From positions 184,752-248,751 of the IMG/VR virus record IMGVR_UViG_3300042308_001616: a stretch of DNA of 64,000 bases; one strand, 5' to 3'. Shown here piece by piece: positions 1 to 10,300 of this stretch. Position 1 is the first letter of the stretch. Each line of letters starts with the position of its first letter. The notes beneath the pieces were generated by a model that had not been told where the DNA came from, ran no database searches, and worked only from the letters and a program-made list of their open reading frames with translations. A program made the position numbers and the translations under genes.

Positions 1-960
1 AGAGAATTTGTCAAAAGTCCTTACGAACTTACTCGGCTCCTGTGGCTTGTTTGTGTCTTTCACCGTGAAGGATATTATGTTTGCAAACCTTTCGTGATGT
101 AGGTTCTTGGCAAGATCAGTAATGTGTCTAACGTTACCCGGATCATCATCAGAGAATCCAATTTTGGCTTTTTTACCAACCATTTTTGCAAATCTATCTG
201 CTTTATCAGCAAATTGCATAAGTGCATCTTCCTTAGCCTTTTCAGGGTTGGAAGCAGATCCTGACCTAGACGGTGCAGAAACTCCTACGAGGTCACAATT
301 GTCTAAATAAGCTTTTACAATTGGATCTTTTGATGGTGTAGATAAATCTTCAAGTAACTTTGGAACATTATCTATATTCTCATCTTTGAACATATAAAGG
401 TATGCTAAAAGATGATTATACATTTCTTGCTTCTGGGTGTCTGTAAGTACTTTGTCTATAATATACTCAATACCAGGTCTCATACCTCCTGATATGATTT
501 TACCATCTGTTGATTTCCCATATACTTCTTTTTCATGTCCTCTTGCTGTTATTATTGCAAAAATTGCACCCGAAGTTAGACACTCGATGAAATCTTCCCA
601 AGCAGGTGCGTATCTATTTTCAGTAATGGCTTTCTTTACATCTAAAGAGAATGCTTCGATACCTCTCGGTCCGTTGTCACGGAATTCTGAGAAAGCCGCA
701 GATGGATCACCATTTAATATCCTCCAATTATCACTATCACCACGTACAACCGCAAAATCCGCAGTTGAAACGTCAGTAGGAACCCAATCACCATCAATGA
801 ATTTCTCCATATGGATCACCGTTGGCATATTAAGGATATTGTCATCCCAGTCGAAAGCATAGTACAGGAGGTGATTATCAGTAGACTCAACCGGTACAGA
901 CTCGAGTGAGTGCTGGTAGAGTGCCCTGTTCTCGTTGAACTGGTTCCAACTCTTTATCAT
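1..960 (-). CDS. HAD-superfamily phosphatase (runs off window start)
   Basis: Manual translation from ATG at 960 gives MIKSWNQFNEN...YYAFDWDDNIL (motif I), IITARG (motif II), KAKE, GFSDDD (motif IV). Confidence 0.75.
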   Translation of the reverse strand, partial: MIKSWNQFNENRALYQHSLESVPVESTDNHLLYYAFDWDDNILNMPTVIHMEKFIDGDWVPTDVSTADFAVVRGDSDNWRILNGDPSAAFSEFRDNGPRGIEAFSLDVKKAITENRYAPAWEDFIECLTSGAIFAIITARGHEKEVYGKSTDGKIISGGMRPGIEYIIDKVLTDTQKQEMYNHLLAYLYMFKDENIDNVPKLLEDLSTPSKDPIVKAYLDNCDLVGVSAPSRSGSASNPEKAKEDALMQFADKADRFAKMVGKKAKIGFSDDDPGNVRHITDLAKNLHHERFANIISFTVKDTNKPQEPSKFVRTFDKFS

Positions 961-961
961 A

Positions 962-1270
962 TTACTTTCTTTTTTTGTTAATGAATGATTGAAAAGACTC
1001 TAATTGACCCATTTCTTCTTCTTCCTCTTCTTCATTTTGTCCGAAATCATCCTCATCCTCATCTTCTTCCTCTTGTCCGAAATCCTCTTCTTCCTCTTGT
1101 CCGAATTCGCCAAAACCTTGAACATCATCCGATTCACCTTCTTGACTTTCTTCTAATTCGATTGTGAATTCTTCTACAACCTCTTCGTCTTTTGTAGCAG
1201 AAACAGATATATTTCCTTCAGACTCTTCTATCACGATTAGGTACCCGTTTATTTCAACTGTTGTTTTCAT
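962..1270 (-). CDS. Acidic hypothetical protein
   Basis: E/D-rich ORF with FGQEEEED repeats; TATATA box upstream. Confidence 0.7.
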   Translation of the reverse strand: MKTTVEINGYLIVIEESEGNISVSATKDEEVVEEFTIELEESQEGESDDVQGFGEFGQEEEEDFGQEEEDEDEDDFGQNEEEEEEEMGQLESFQSFINKKRK

Positions 1271-1346
1271 GTGTATTTTCTATTTTTTGGATATATATTA
1301 AAACTTTTAAACCGCTTTGTTATAAAAACTATAAAAAAACTAAAGA

Positions 1347-2030
1347 ATGAACAAATTCGATATGATGAGAAGTATGAAATCACACTTCAGAGATAGTGGT
1401 ATTAGTCAATCTGTTGGCAATGATTACTTCAACAAACTGACAAAAAAAGTTAACAATAATACATCGGTATTAATAGAAGGTGGTGGATACCAAGTAGATG
1501 TTTTTTCTAAACTAATTGAGGACCGTATAATATTTTTATCCACAGAAATTGATGATTATACCTGTAACCTAATAAAAGCACAACTTCTTTATTTAGAACA
1601 GGAGAGTGACGATGAAATTAAACTTTATATCGATTCAGGTGGTGGATCTGTATATAGTGGTTTAGGATTACTCGATGTAATGGACTACATAAAACCGGAC
1701 ATCGTTACCGTAAACACAGGTCTTGCAGCATCAATGGCTGCTGTTATACTCTGCTCCGGAACCAAAGGTAAGAGAAGAGCTCTGAAGAGAAGTCGTACGA
1801 TGATCCACCAACCATTAACTTATGGTGGATGGATGCAACAAGCGTCAGACATTGAGATTGAAGCAAAAGAGATGAACTCTTTGAAAAAAGAACTATACGA
1901 AATTATTTCAGATAAAACGGGTCAGACGTATGATCGAGTATATAAGGATGGTGATAGAGATTACTGGATGACTTCCGAAGATGCAAAGAGATATGGAATG
2001 ATAGATGAGATAGTTAAAAATAAAAAATAA
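1347..2030 (+). CDS. clpP: ATP-dependent Clp protease proteolytic subunit
   Basis: DVFSKLIEDRIIFL, YIDSGGGSVYSG, GLAASMAA (catalytic Ser), MIHQP, DRDYWMTSEDAKRYGMID. Confidence 0.95.
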   Translation: MNKFDMMRSMKSHFRDSGISQSVGNDYFNKLTKKVNNNTSVLIEGGGYQVDVFSKLIEDRIIFLSTEIDDYTCNLIKAQLLYLEQESDDEIKLYIDSGGGSVYSGLGLLDVMDYIKPDIVTVNTGLAASMAAVILCSGTKGKRRALKRSRTMIHQPLTYGGWMQQASDIEIEAKEMNSLKKELYEIISDKTGQTYDRVYKDGDRDYWMTSEDAKRYGMIDEIVKNKK

Positions 2031-2038
2031 AAAATAAT

Positions 2039-2989
2039 ATGAGAATACTTGCAAACGACGGTATATCCAAAACCGGTAAGGAGATGTTAGAAGCAGCGGG
2101 ATACACCGTTGATACCGAACACAGACCACAGGACCAATTGGCACAAGCAATAAACGATGGTGGATATGAGATACTTTTAGTGAGAAGTGCCACTAAAGTA
2201 GATAACGTTCTTATGGATGCTTGTCCAGGACTTAAGATGGTTGGAAGAGGTGGTGTCGGCCTCGATAACGTGGATAAATACCACGCAAAAAATAATGGAA
2301 TAATAGTTTTTAACACACCAGAAGCGAGTTCAAGATCTGTTGCAGAATTGGTTGTAGGTTCTATGTTTACACTTTCAAGGTCTCTACATGATTCTGCTAG
2401 GAATCTTACTCAGGACGAATTCGGTAAACTAAAGAAGAAATATTCTAATGGTATCGAGCTAAGAGGAAAGTCTATCGGAATAATTGGCTTTGGTAGAATT
2501 GGCCAAGAGTTAGCATCATATGCAATTGCAATGGGAATGGATGTTTTTGCTGTAGATTTAGAGGATAAAGAAGTAATCATTCCTGTAGAGATTTACAACA
2601 AAGTTATAGAGGTACCAGTAATGGTCAGAAAAAACTTTGATGTAGTACGTTATTGTGATTTCGTTTCTGTACATATACCGAAACAACCAAATGGTGATTC
2701 TGCTATCACATACGGAGATATTGAGTTAATGAAAGACGGTGTCATCATAATAAACACATCCAGAGGTGGCGTAGTCAACGAGGATGATTTATTGGACGCA
2801 TTAGAAACCGGAAAAGTAGCAGCAGCAGCACTTGATGTATTTGAGGACGAGCCTAAACCTAACCCTGCATTATTGAATCATCCGAAAATATTTGCTACAC
2901 CACATATCGGTGCTGCAACCGTTGAGGCACAATATAGAATTGGAACAGAAATTGCAGATATAATAACTGCGGTCTATGGAACTAAATAA
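2039..2989 (+). CDS. serA: D-3-phosphoglycerate / D-2-hydroxyacid dehydrogenase, Bacteroidota short type
   Basis: MRILANDGI start, VRSATKV, GRGGVGLDNVD, GIIGFGRIG, INTSRGGVV, LDVFEDEP, TPHIGAAT. Confidence 0.85.
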   Translation: MRILANDGISKTGKEMLEAAGYTVDTEHRPQDQLAQAINDGGYEILLVRSATKVDNVLMDACPGLKMVGRGGVGLDNVDKYHAKNNGIIVFNTPEASSRSVAELVVGSMFTLSRSLHDSARNLTQDEFGKLKKKYSNGIELRGKSIGIIGFGRIGQELASYAIAMGMDVFAVDLEDKEVIIPVEIYNKVIEVPVMVRKNFDVVRYCDFVSVHIPKQPNGDSAITYGDIELMKDGVIIINTSRGGVVNEDDLLDALETGKVAAAALDVFEDEPKPNPALLNHPKIFATPHIGAATVEAQYRIGTEIADIITAVYGTK

Positions 2990-3004
2990 AAATTATAATA
3001 TACA

Positions 3005-3037
3005 AAAAGGCCACTCAATGAGTGGCCTTTATTTTTT
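3005..3037. terminator. Bidirectional intrinsic terminator
   Basis: aaaggccactca-a-tgagtggccttt between convergent genes. Confidence 0.8.
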
Positions 3038-3048
3038 ACAATAAAAAC

Positions 3049-3393
3049 TTATTCAGGTTTTTTAGCAGCTGGTTTTCTTGGTGCTCTTTTCCTTGTGGCT
3101 TTCTTAGGAGCATCCTCTTTTGAAATCTCAATCTCGGCCTTAGGTTTAGTTGTCTTAGGCTTAGAAGCTTTAGCTTTGATTTGTTTTGCTGTCAAAGGCT
3201 TTTCTTCTTTAGCAACTTCAACTAACCTTTCCTCAATCTCTTTAGTAGATTGAGTTACCGCATCAGTTACCTGAACGTCAACCAATTCCGAATTATTGAT
3301 TTCCTCACCTGTGTTAGCCTTCTCAGTAGCGATTTCAACATTCTCTAGCTTTTTTGAGAAAAGACTTTTCAAATAAGTAAACAATTTTTTCAT
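3049..3393 (-). CDS. Hypothetical protein with basic K/A-rich tail
   Basis: ORF track; TATATA box upstream. Confidence 0.65.
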   Translation of the reverse strand: MKKLFTYLKSLFSKKLENVEIATEKANTGEEINNSELVDVQVTDAVTQSTKEIEERLVEVAKEEKPLTAKQIKAKASKPKTTKPKAEIEISKEDAPKKATRKRAPRKPAAKKPE

Positions 3394-3563
3394 AACGAAC
3401 TTTTATTTTTCTTTATATATCAAACATTCGTCTTCCCTCCTGAAAAAGGAACAAAAAAATTATAACTATATAATACAGACGAAACCTGTGTCAGGTAATC
3501 AATGTGTTACCTCTGAGATTTTATAAACGAATCAAGATACCGGTTAAAAATAAATATAAAAAG

Positions 3564-4454
3564 ATGGCAAAAACATCAAGAAGAGAGGTCAAAGCCCCAA
3601 GTGCGTGGGTCGTGGCACCAAAAGACAGAGGACGTAAGTCTGTAAAATTCGACACAAAGTCGGATACCGAGACCAAAGGAAAGGTCTATCTAAACGACGG
3701 CGAGGAGTTTCAAATAGAACTCCACAATCCACTCACCGAGTGTGCCTTAGCCGACATCAAACTAAATGGAAACTCTATATCGAAAGGAGGACTTGTACTG
3801 AGACCAGGTGAGAGGTTCTATCTCGACTGTTTTATCGATGACAAAAAGAAGTTTATTTTCAGTACCTACGAGGTTGAAGACACCGACGATTCGATGGAAT
3901 CAATCGCTAAGAATGGACTATTAGAAGTATTCTTCTACAAAGAATCTGCAAAGTCAATCGATAGAAGTAGGTTGAATAAATTGATTGTGGAGAGACACTA
4001 CTATCCGTATCACACCGGTTGGCAAACGACGCCATGGTACACAACACCGAACATTTACTGTAATACAGGAAACATAGGAAGTAGTAACGCGACTTACACA
4101 TCGAGTTCCATAAACCTTAACAACCTAACAGGTTCTCTGACCACGGGTAACAACACAATACCGATAAACTCCATCATAGAGACTGGAAGGATCGAGAAAG
4201 GTGAAAATTCGGAGCAAAAGTTCGACGAGGTGGATATGGACTTCGACAACTTCTACATTTCATCAACCGTATTGGAACTCTTACCTGAGAGTAGAAGACC
4301 AATTGAGACAAAGGAGTTAAAAGAAAAACCCGAACAGAAACAACAGATTGACGTGATTGAGATGATAAAGAAACTCGCCGATCTAAGGGACGCCGGAATA
4401 CTAACCGAAGAAGAGTTCTCAGAGAAGAAGTCAGAATTACTCGGAAGAATTTAA
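3564..4454 (+). CDS. Hypothetical protein with C-terminal SHOCT domain
   Basis: C-terminus IKKLADLRDAGILTEEEFSEKKSELL is SHOCT-like; likely start MAKTS at 3564. Confidence 0.7.
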   Translation: MAKTSRREVKAPSAWVVAPKDRGRKSVKFDTKSDTETKGKVYLNDGEEFQIELHNPLTECALADIKLNGNSISKGGLVLRPGERFYLDCFIDDKKKFIFSTYEVEDTDDSMESIAKNGLLEVFFYKESAKSIDRSRLNKLIVERHYYPYHTGWQTTPWYTTPNIYCNTGNIGSSNATYTSSSINLNNLTGSLTTGNNTIPINSIIETGRIEKGENSEQKFDEVDMDFDNFYISSTVLELLPESRRPIETKELKEKPEQKQQIDVIEMIKKLADLRDAGILTEEEFSEKKSELLGRI

Positions 4455-4549
4455 AAAAAGAGGTCATTAGTGACCTCTTTTTTTTATTTATAACACATTT
4501 ATATTCAGTTTTTTAAACAAAAACACGCTAAATTACATATATAATATGT

Positions 4550-6016
4550 ATGAAGTTTAGATACGATCCAGATACCGAGGAAATAGTAGCATCAGATGCT
4601 ACCCGTATAGAGTACCACCAGATGCAGCTTTGGCTCACAAGACACGTAAAAGGATGGAAATTTCAACCTGCCGTTAAGATGGGTGTTTGGGACGGAAAGA
4701 AGTCTTACTTCAAAAACGGACGTATAAGTTTAGGTCTCTGGAGAGAAGCACTTTATGGATGTAGAGAGATTGAAGTACCATTCATAATAGAAAATAAAGA
4801 AGATTTTCCTATAAACCGTGATGTTACACCGGAAAAGGTTCAGGACTTCTGTAAAGAATTTTTCAAAGACCATAAAGTACGTACTAAAGATGGTCTATGG
4901 ATTCCATTTATGCCTTATGATCATCAGATAGAAGCAGCATACAGGATACTAAAGAATAGATATTGTATGGCAGAGGTTGCTACTTCTGGTGGTAAATCTC
5001 TAATCATTTCAATAGTTATGTTCTACACACTAAAGAATATAAAGGCCGATGCGAAATTTTTAATAATCGTTCCATCAATTACATTAGTTACTCAGTTCTA
5101 CGACAATATCGTAGAATATAATCTTGGTATAAACCGGATTGAAAAGATGAGACAGGAAAATACTGACGAAATTCCACCAGAGTGTTGTCAGGTAAGAGTA
5201 GAAGAAGTAATGTCAGAAAGACCTAGGAAATATTCTGGTACTGATAACGCCAATGTTTATATTGGAACATATCAATCACTTGAGAAGTGGCCTAAAGAGT
5301 TTTTTCATCAATTTCACACAGTTGCCACAGATGAAGCACATGGTGCAAAGGCTAAGACAATAACGACTATACTTGAACACACCTTTGGAAGAGCTTATTG
5401 TCGTTTTGGTGTATCGGGAACTTTTCCAGGTGACGACACATGCGAAATACTTACAATACAATCAGTATTGGGTCCTAAAATAACTGAGGTAAGTGCAGAT
5501 GAACTCAAAAAGAAGGGTATAATAACACCAATGGACATAAAGGTTGTTTTGATGAACCACGGTGATCCACATTTCTACGAACAGGTCAAATATATAAGAA
5601 AGCATGGTGACGGAAAATCAGCATTTGATTTTGAAAAGAAGTATGCACACCAGTCCGATAAACGACTCGCTTTCATTAGTAAGCTTGTTTCTAAGTGTGA
5701 AAATAACACACTACTACTTTTTCACACAATTGAGAATGGTCAGAGAATACTAAACAGATTACAATCTGATATAAAAGATAAAGAGTTCTTTTATATCGAT
5801 GGTGAAGTAAGTGGTAAAAAGAGAGAAGAGATAAAGAAGCAGATGGAGATAACCAAGACTAAAGTAGAATACACAATACTTAATTTTGGAGACTACGAAG
5901 TCGAGGTTAAGTCAGACTACCAGATATTACTTTCTGATGGTAGTTATAAATCTGCAAAAGACATAACAACCAATGATGATATAGATGATAACTTTATCAA
6001 AAAACTAAGAAAATAG
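4550..6016 (+). CDS. uvsW: UvsW-like SF2 DNA helicase, N-terminal fragment (motifs I-IV)
   Basis: PYDHQIEA, ATSGGKS, IIVPSITLVTQ, DEAH, GVSGT, LLLFHTIENG, YIDGEVSGKKREEI; lacks motifs V-VI. Confidence 0.9.
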   Translation: MKFRYDPDTEEIVASDATRIEYHQMQLWLTRHVKGWKFQPAVKMGVWDGKKSYFKNGRISLGLWREALYGCREIEVPFIIENKEDFPINRDVTPEKVQDFCKEFFKDHKVRTKDGLWIPFMPYDHQIEAAYRILKNRYCMAEVATSGGKSLIISIVMFYTLKNIKADAKFLIIVPSITLVTQFYDNIVEYNLGINRIEKMRQENTDEIPPECCQVRVEEVMSERPRKYSGTDNANVYIGTYQSLEKWPKEFFHQFHTVATDEAHGAKAKTITTILEHTFGRAYCRFGVSGTFPGDDTCEILTIQSVLGPKITEVSADELKKKGIITPMDIKVVLMNHGDPHFYEQVKYIRKHGDGKSAFDFEKKYAHQSDKRLAFISKLVSKCENNTLLLFHTIENGQRILNRLQSDIKDKEFFYIDGEVSGKKREEIKKQMEITKTKVEYTILNFGDYEVEVKSDYQILLSDGSYKSAKDITTNDDIDDNFIKKLRK

Positions 6017-6081
6017 ACAAAAGTTCTCATCTCTCGTCACTACGGGTGTTTGTGTGAATAATATATACAATAAAAAATAAA

Positions 6082-7035
6082 ATGGATTATAACTTTATAA
6101 AATGTGAATTCGAATCTAAACACAATATAGACGATGTAAATCAACTTGATGAGTATATAAATTTCCTATTAGACTACAAACTAGATAAAACTGACGAGTA
6201 TACTGAAAAGCACCACATATTACCATACGCAACTTTTCCAGAATATAAAAACGAAAAATGGAACATTGTAGAACTAAAATATGAAGACCACAAACAAGCA
6301 CACCTTATATTATACAAATCAATAAACATAAGAGTATACCAAAGAACTTTGAATTTTATGTTACCACAATTCAAAAACAAAGATTTATTATCAAAAGCAA
6401 CCAAAATGGGGTGGATCAATCTAAAAAACAACAAAGATAAATACGAAAAATGGAGAAATGGTAGATCAAACCATATGAAGAGTTTGGGAAGTCAGGAGCA
6501 AAGAAGGAGAACCAATATATTCTGGGGAAACATAACCGAAGAACAATACACTATGTTTTCGAACAAAATGAAAGAATACTGGACAGAGGATAAAAGAATA
6601 GAAAAATCCAAACAGATGAACGAGTATTACTCCAATCCTGAAAATATAAACAAAAAAAGTATAGAGAGCCAGGAAAGATGGGACTCTATGACCAAAGAAG
6701 AACGTGAAAAATTCACAGTTAAGATGACGGCTATAAACAAAGACGAAGGTAAGAGACGAAAGGCCGGTGACAAAATAAAAAATCTTTGGAAGAGTGAAGA
6801 CTATTTGGAAAAAATGAAAAATAGACCTCACCGAAAGGGTACTATGTTGAAAATCATAAAACCTAACGGGGAAGAGATTGTTGTGGAATCAATGAACGTT
6901 TTCCAGAAAGAATACGATTTCTCTCTATATCTAATAAGAAAGTACAGAGATACCGGTACAGAGATACCAGAAATTGACTTGAAGAGTGATCTTTCACTAC
7001 TAAAATGTAAAATCGAAACAATAACCAATGGCTAG
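6082..7035 (+). CDS. Free-standing HNH homing endonuclease (Mob-like)
   Basis: YTEKHHILP...NIVEL...DHKQAHLIL HNH motif followed by basic helical repeats; has its own AATATATA box at 6060-6067. Confidence 0.8.
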   Translation: MDYNFIKCEFESKHNIDDVNQLDEYINFLLDYKLDKTDEYTEKHHILPYATFPEYKNEKWNIVELKYEDHKQAHLILYKSINIRVYQRTLNFMLPQFKNKDLLSKATKMGWINLKNNKDKYEKWRNGRSNHMKSLGSQEQRRRTNIFWGNITEEQYTMFSNKMKEYWTEDKRIEKSKQMNEYYSNPENINKKSIESQERWDSMTKEEREKFTVKMTAINKDEGKRRKAGDKIKNLWKSEDYLEKMKNRPHRKGTMLKIIKPNGEEIVVESMNVFQKEYDFSLYLIRKYRDTGTEIPEIDLKSDLSLLKCKIETITNG

Positions 7036-7370
7036 GATAGTAGACAAAAGAGAAGAAATAAGAGAAGAAGGGGCGACTAAGGTTTTAGTCGCCTCTTACT
7101 GAGGACGGTACACTATCGACAGGTGTGAGTATAAACGCCATTTTTAATGTGATATTTGCAGACTCTTTCAAATCAGAACAAATTATTATACAATCAATTG
7201 GAAGGGGTCTAAGACTGCACTCCGAGAAACAGAAGGTAAATATATTCGATTTGGTTGATGTTTTCGATAAGGATGATCTTAACAACGCATTATATAGACA
7301 CTACAAAGAACGTGAAGGATTCTATGTGAAAAGAAAATATCCATTCAAAATAATAAAAGTGCAGCTGTGA
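7028..7370 (+). CDS. uvsW: UvsW C-terminal fragment (motifs V-VI), interrupted by a 7-nt gap containing TGA
   Basis: ATG 7028 gives MARIVDKREEIREEGATKVLVASY then stop; the +1 frame continues GTLSTGVSINAIFNVIFADSFKSEQIIIQSIGRGLR. Confidence 0.8.
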
Positions 7371-7392
7371 GGCAATAATGAATATATAGGTT

Positions 7393-10300
7393 ATGCCAAT
7401 AAACTTATCACCACAGGAGTATTTTTTGAATTTTTTAAATTCAAACGAAGAAGCACTAAAAATCTACAAAAAAGCGGAGGTCCTAAAGTATGTAAGACTA
7501 CGAACTATTGGTGAGAAAGAACTTACATTAGATCAACAATCAGATGAAAACTGGGACGGTAAAAACGATATTTTCGCATATCTTGTAATAATTGACCAAT
7601 TTTTTTCAAAGGCAGATGTACATATTCTTACTTTCGTACCTGAATTTGAAAATTTTACGGTTGTTGAAATCAAATTTAGTCCAACTATTACACCTGCAGA
7701 TATAACAAAATCTGTTAAGGTACATTACAAATCAGAGAAAGGTAATCATATAAATCTATTAATAGCAGATCCGGAATATCAACTACAAGTATTAAAGGAT
7801 AAGGCTAAACGTGACGGATATAATGTTATACAGGATCCGTGGATACCTAACGTAGTTAATCCAAAAGAGCAAAAATCTGTTGATAAATCAAGTGATAAAA
7901 TAGCAGATAGTAAGAATGATGATGATGGTTTCAAAACAGTTAACGAACCAGAAATATACGATTATGCATCACTAAAGGAACCAAAAGTAAAAGCGGATGA
8001 AATAACTGGAGAAATTTGGTTAGAAAAAGTTAGTGGACCCGGAGATATAATAGGAGATGGAAGAGAAATTATAGATTCATTGGGTAGTCAACGTGGTGTA
8101 AAGTTTGAAGATTTACAATTCACAGAACCAGGTGACTATGTCATAAGAGTATTGAGTGATTCTCCTAACCTTACACCAACACAATTCAATATAACAGTAT
8201 TACCAGAACCAGTTATAATACCACAAGAAAAGGTTGTTGAAGAAGAACAGGAAGAAGTAGTTTTAGGTGCTAGACCAATGATAACACAGATATTTCCTCC
8301 AACATTAAAACTCAGACCAATTACCGTAAAATATGAAGAAGAAACTGGAACAGCAACGGTTGTTACTGCGGATGGTATGGGTATATTCCCGACGGTTTAT
8401 TACAATGGTGTTCCAATAAGCCACGGTGATATACTAAGTTTCCGACTCTATCACGATGGTGTTGTTCCTAAGTGTAAAGTTTCTTTCATAGATTCTGCCA
8501 ATCTTATAAAAGATTTAGGTGTTCCCAAAGATGATATGACATTTGACATTTTTATAAATTCTAAGACGGTTAGTCTTAAGTCAATACATCTTAACTTCAA
8601 ATTAGAAAAACATAGGGAGTCTATGTTTGGTGCAAAATATACATTCAATGGGACTTTGAATATACCTTCCGAACATGATAAAAAATTCAAATTATACGAA
8701 CAACAGAGTCCAACATACGAACAGATGACATCTTATAATGCAATTACAAACATATGTAAAGATTTAGGAATTGGTTTTAATTCAAACATATCTGATACAG
8801 ATGATAAGATGACTTGGGTATTCAATGGTGATAAGGGATATCAGGTAATAGAACATTTAGTTAACAAATCATACATATCGGATAGTTCATTTATGGGTGC
8901 TTATATAGACTACTACTATTGTATGAATTATGTCGATGTTGAAAAAGAGTGTAGAAGAGACAACTCTAATGATTCAGGAATCGAGACTGGTGGTGTAGGT
9001 TCAAATTCTTCTGATAATGAACAAGTTCAAATGTTGCTACACAACGAAGTCTCTGCAAATAAAAGTAGTTTTTTCTTTCTTTCGGAACCAAAAATAAAAC
9101 ATAATAGTACTGACAAAAACCTAATTAAAGGAGTTAGGACAAAAGTTAAGTTTTATGATAATAAAACTAAGAAATTTGAGGTTTATGATATAGAGGGTAC
9201 AACCAGTGATGGTACAGAAACTGAAATACTAAAGGGTTCACCCAATGATAAAAAAGGTTTTTTCTCAAATACGACAACGAGAATGTTGGGTAAGATGGAT
9301 ACCGAAAACGTACACAAAAATTATCTTTATGCAGAGGAACTCAACAGGAGAAATTTAGACGAATTGGGTAATATAGAGATGATTGTAAAGCTACCTACTA
9401 TAAATCTAAATTATTACATATATCAGAAGACCCGAGTAGTACTTGTAAATCAAAGAACTTCACCAACCAATCAGTCCAGGTTTAGATACGAGTACACCGG
9501 TGATTGGACTATATCCGCGATAGAGTTTAAAATGACTAAAGAGGGAGGTATGAAAACTTTCTATCAAGAGATGAGGTTAATACGTAAAGAACTTGGTATG
9601 AAACCAAAGGATCAAATGGAAAGGTTAGAACCAAAAACTGGTTCTGAGGAAAATGTTCCTAATAGTGTGAATCCAATCGAGAATTTCCCTAATGCTGCTT
9701 ACCAACCTAGCGAGGTCTACAGGTTCAAAGACGAGAATGGTATGGAATGGATTGTAAGTATCATATATCCTAATAGTGATGGTGAAACAATGGAAGTTTA
9801 TATGGTATCAGATGATTTGTATGAGGATACTAATGCCATCAAACCTATACCGACATTCGATGATGAGAATATGATACCTGATGGTGCATCCGAACTTAGT
9901 AACGAATCACCTACAAATAGTAGTATTAATAAAGATGAGATAATACCAATTAAACTAATTCTTGGTGCAGTTGTACCTAAACCGACAAAGTCATTCGATG
10001 AACTAAAAAATAAACAACTTATTGAGAACGATGTCAAAAACGTTTCTGGATACATAGAACTTCAGGAAATTGGTGCAACTGATGAATCTAAACGTTTCAG
10101 GTTATATGCAGTTCTTAATGGATTTACTACAGATGACTTTTATACAAAAATGACTGGAATTAATCCACCCAATTACATAACGACAAGTACCGAATGGTTG
10201 ACTAAAGCAGATTTTAATAAAGATAAGCCAGAGCTAGATAAAATTGAAGAACAACTCAATGATGAATTAATACTTAGATATTCATACCAGGAATTGGAAA

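Noticed and set aside
107-862. Plus-strand ORFs 107..310 and 437..862
   Set aside because: Antisense shadows of the HAD gene
3478-3525. Hammerhead ribozyme (GAAAC-ctg...cag-GUA)
   Set aside because: No proper CUGANGA core with a pairing stem II
5866-7106. Group I intron or active intein in uvsW
   Set aside because: Only ~65 nt of non-coding sequence, no P7/R-S core; no Cys/Ser1, TxxH or terminal HN-nucleophile
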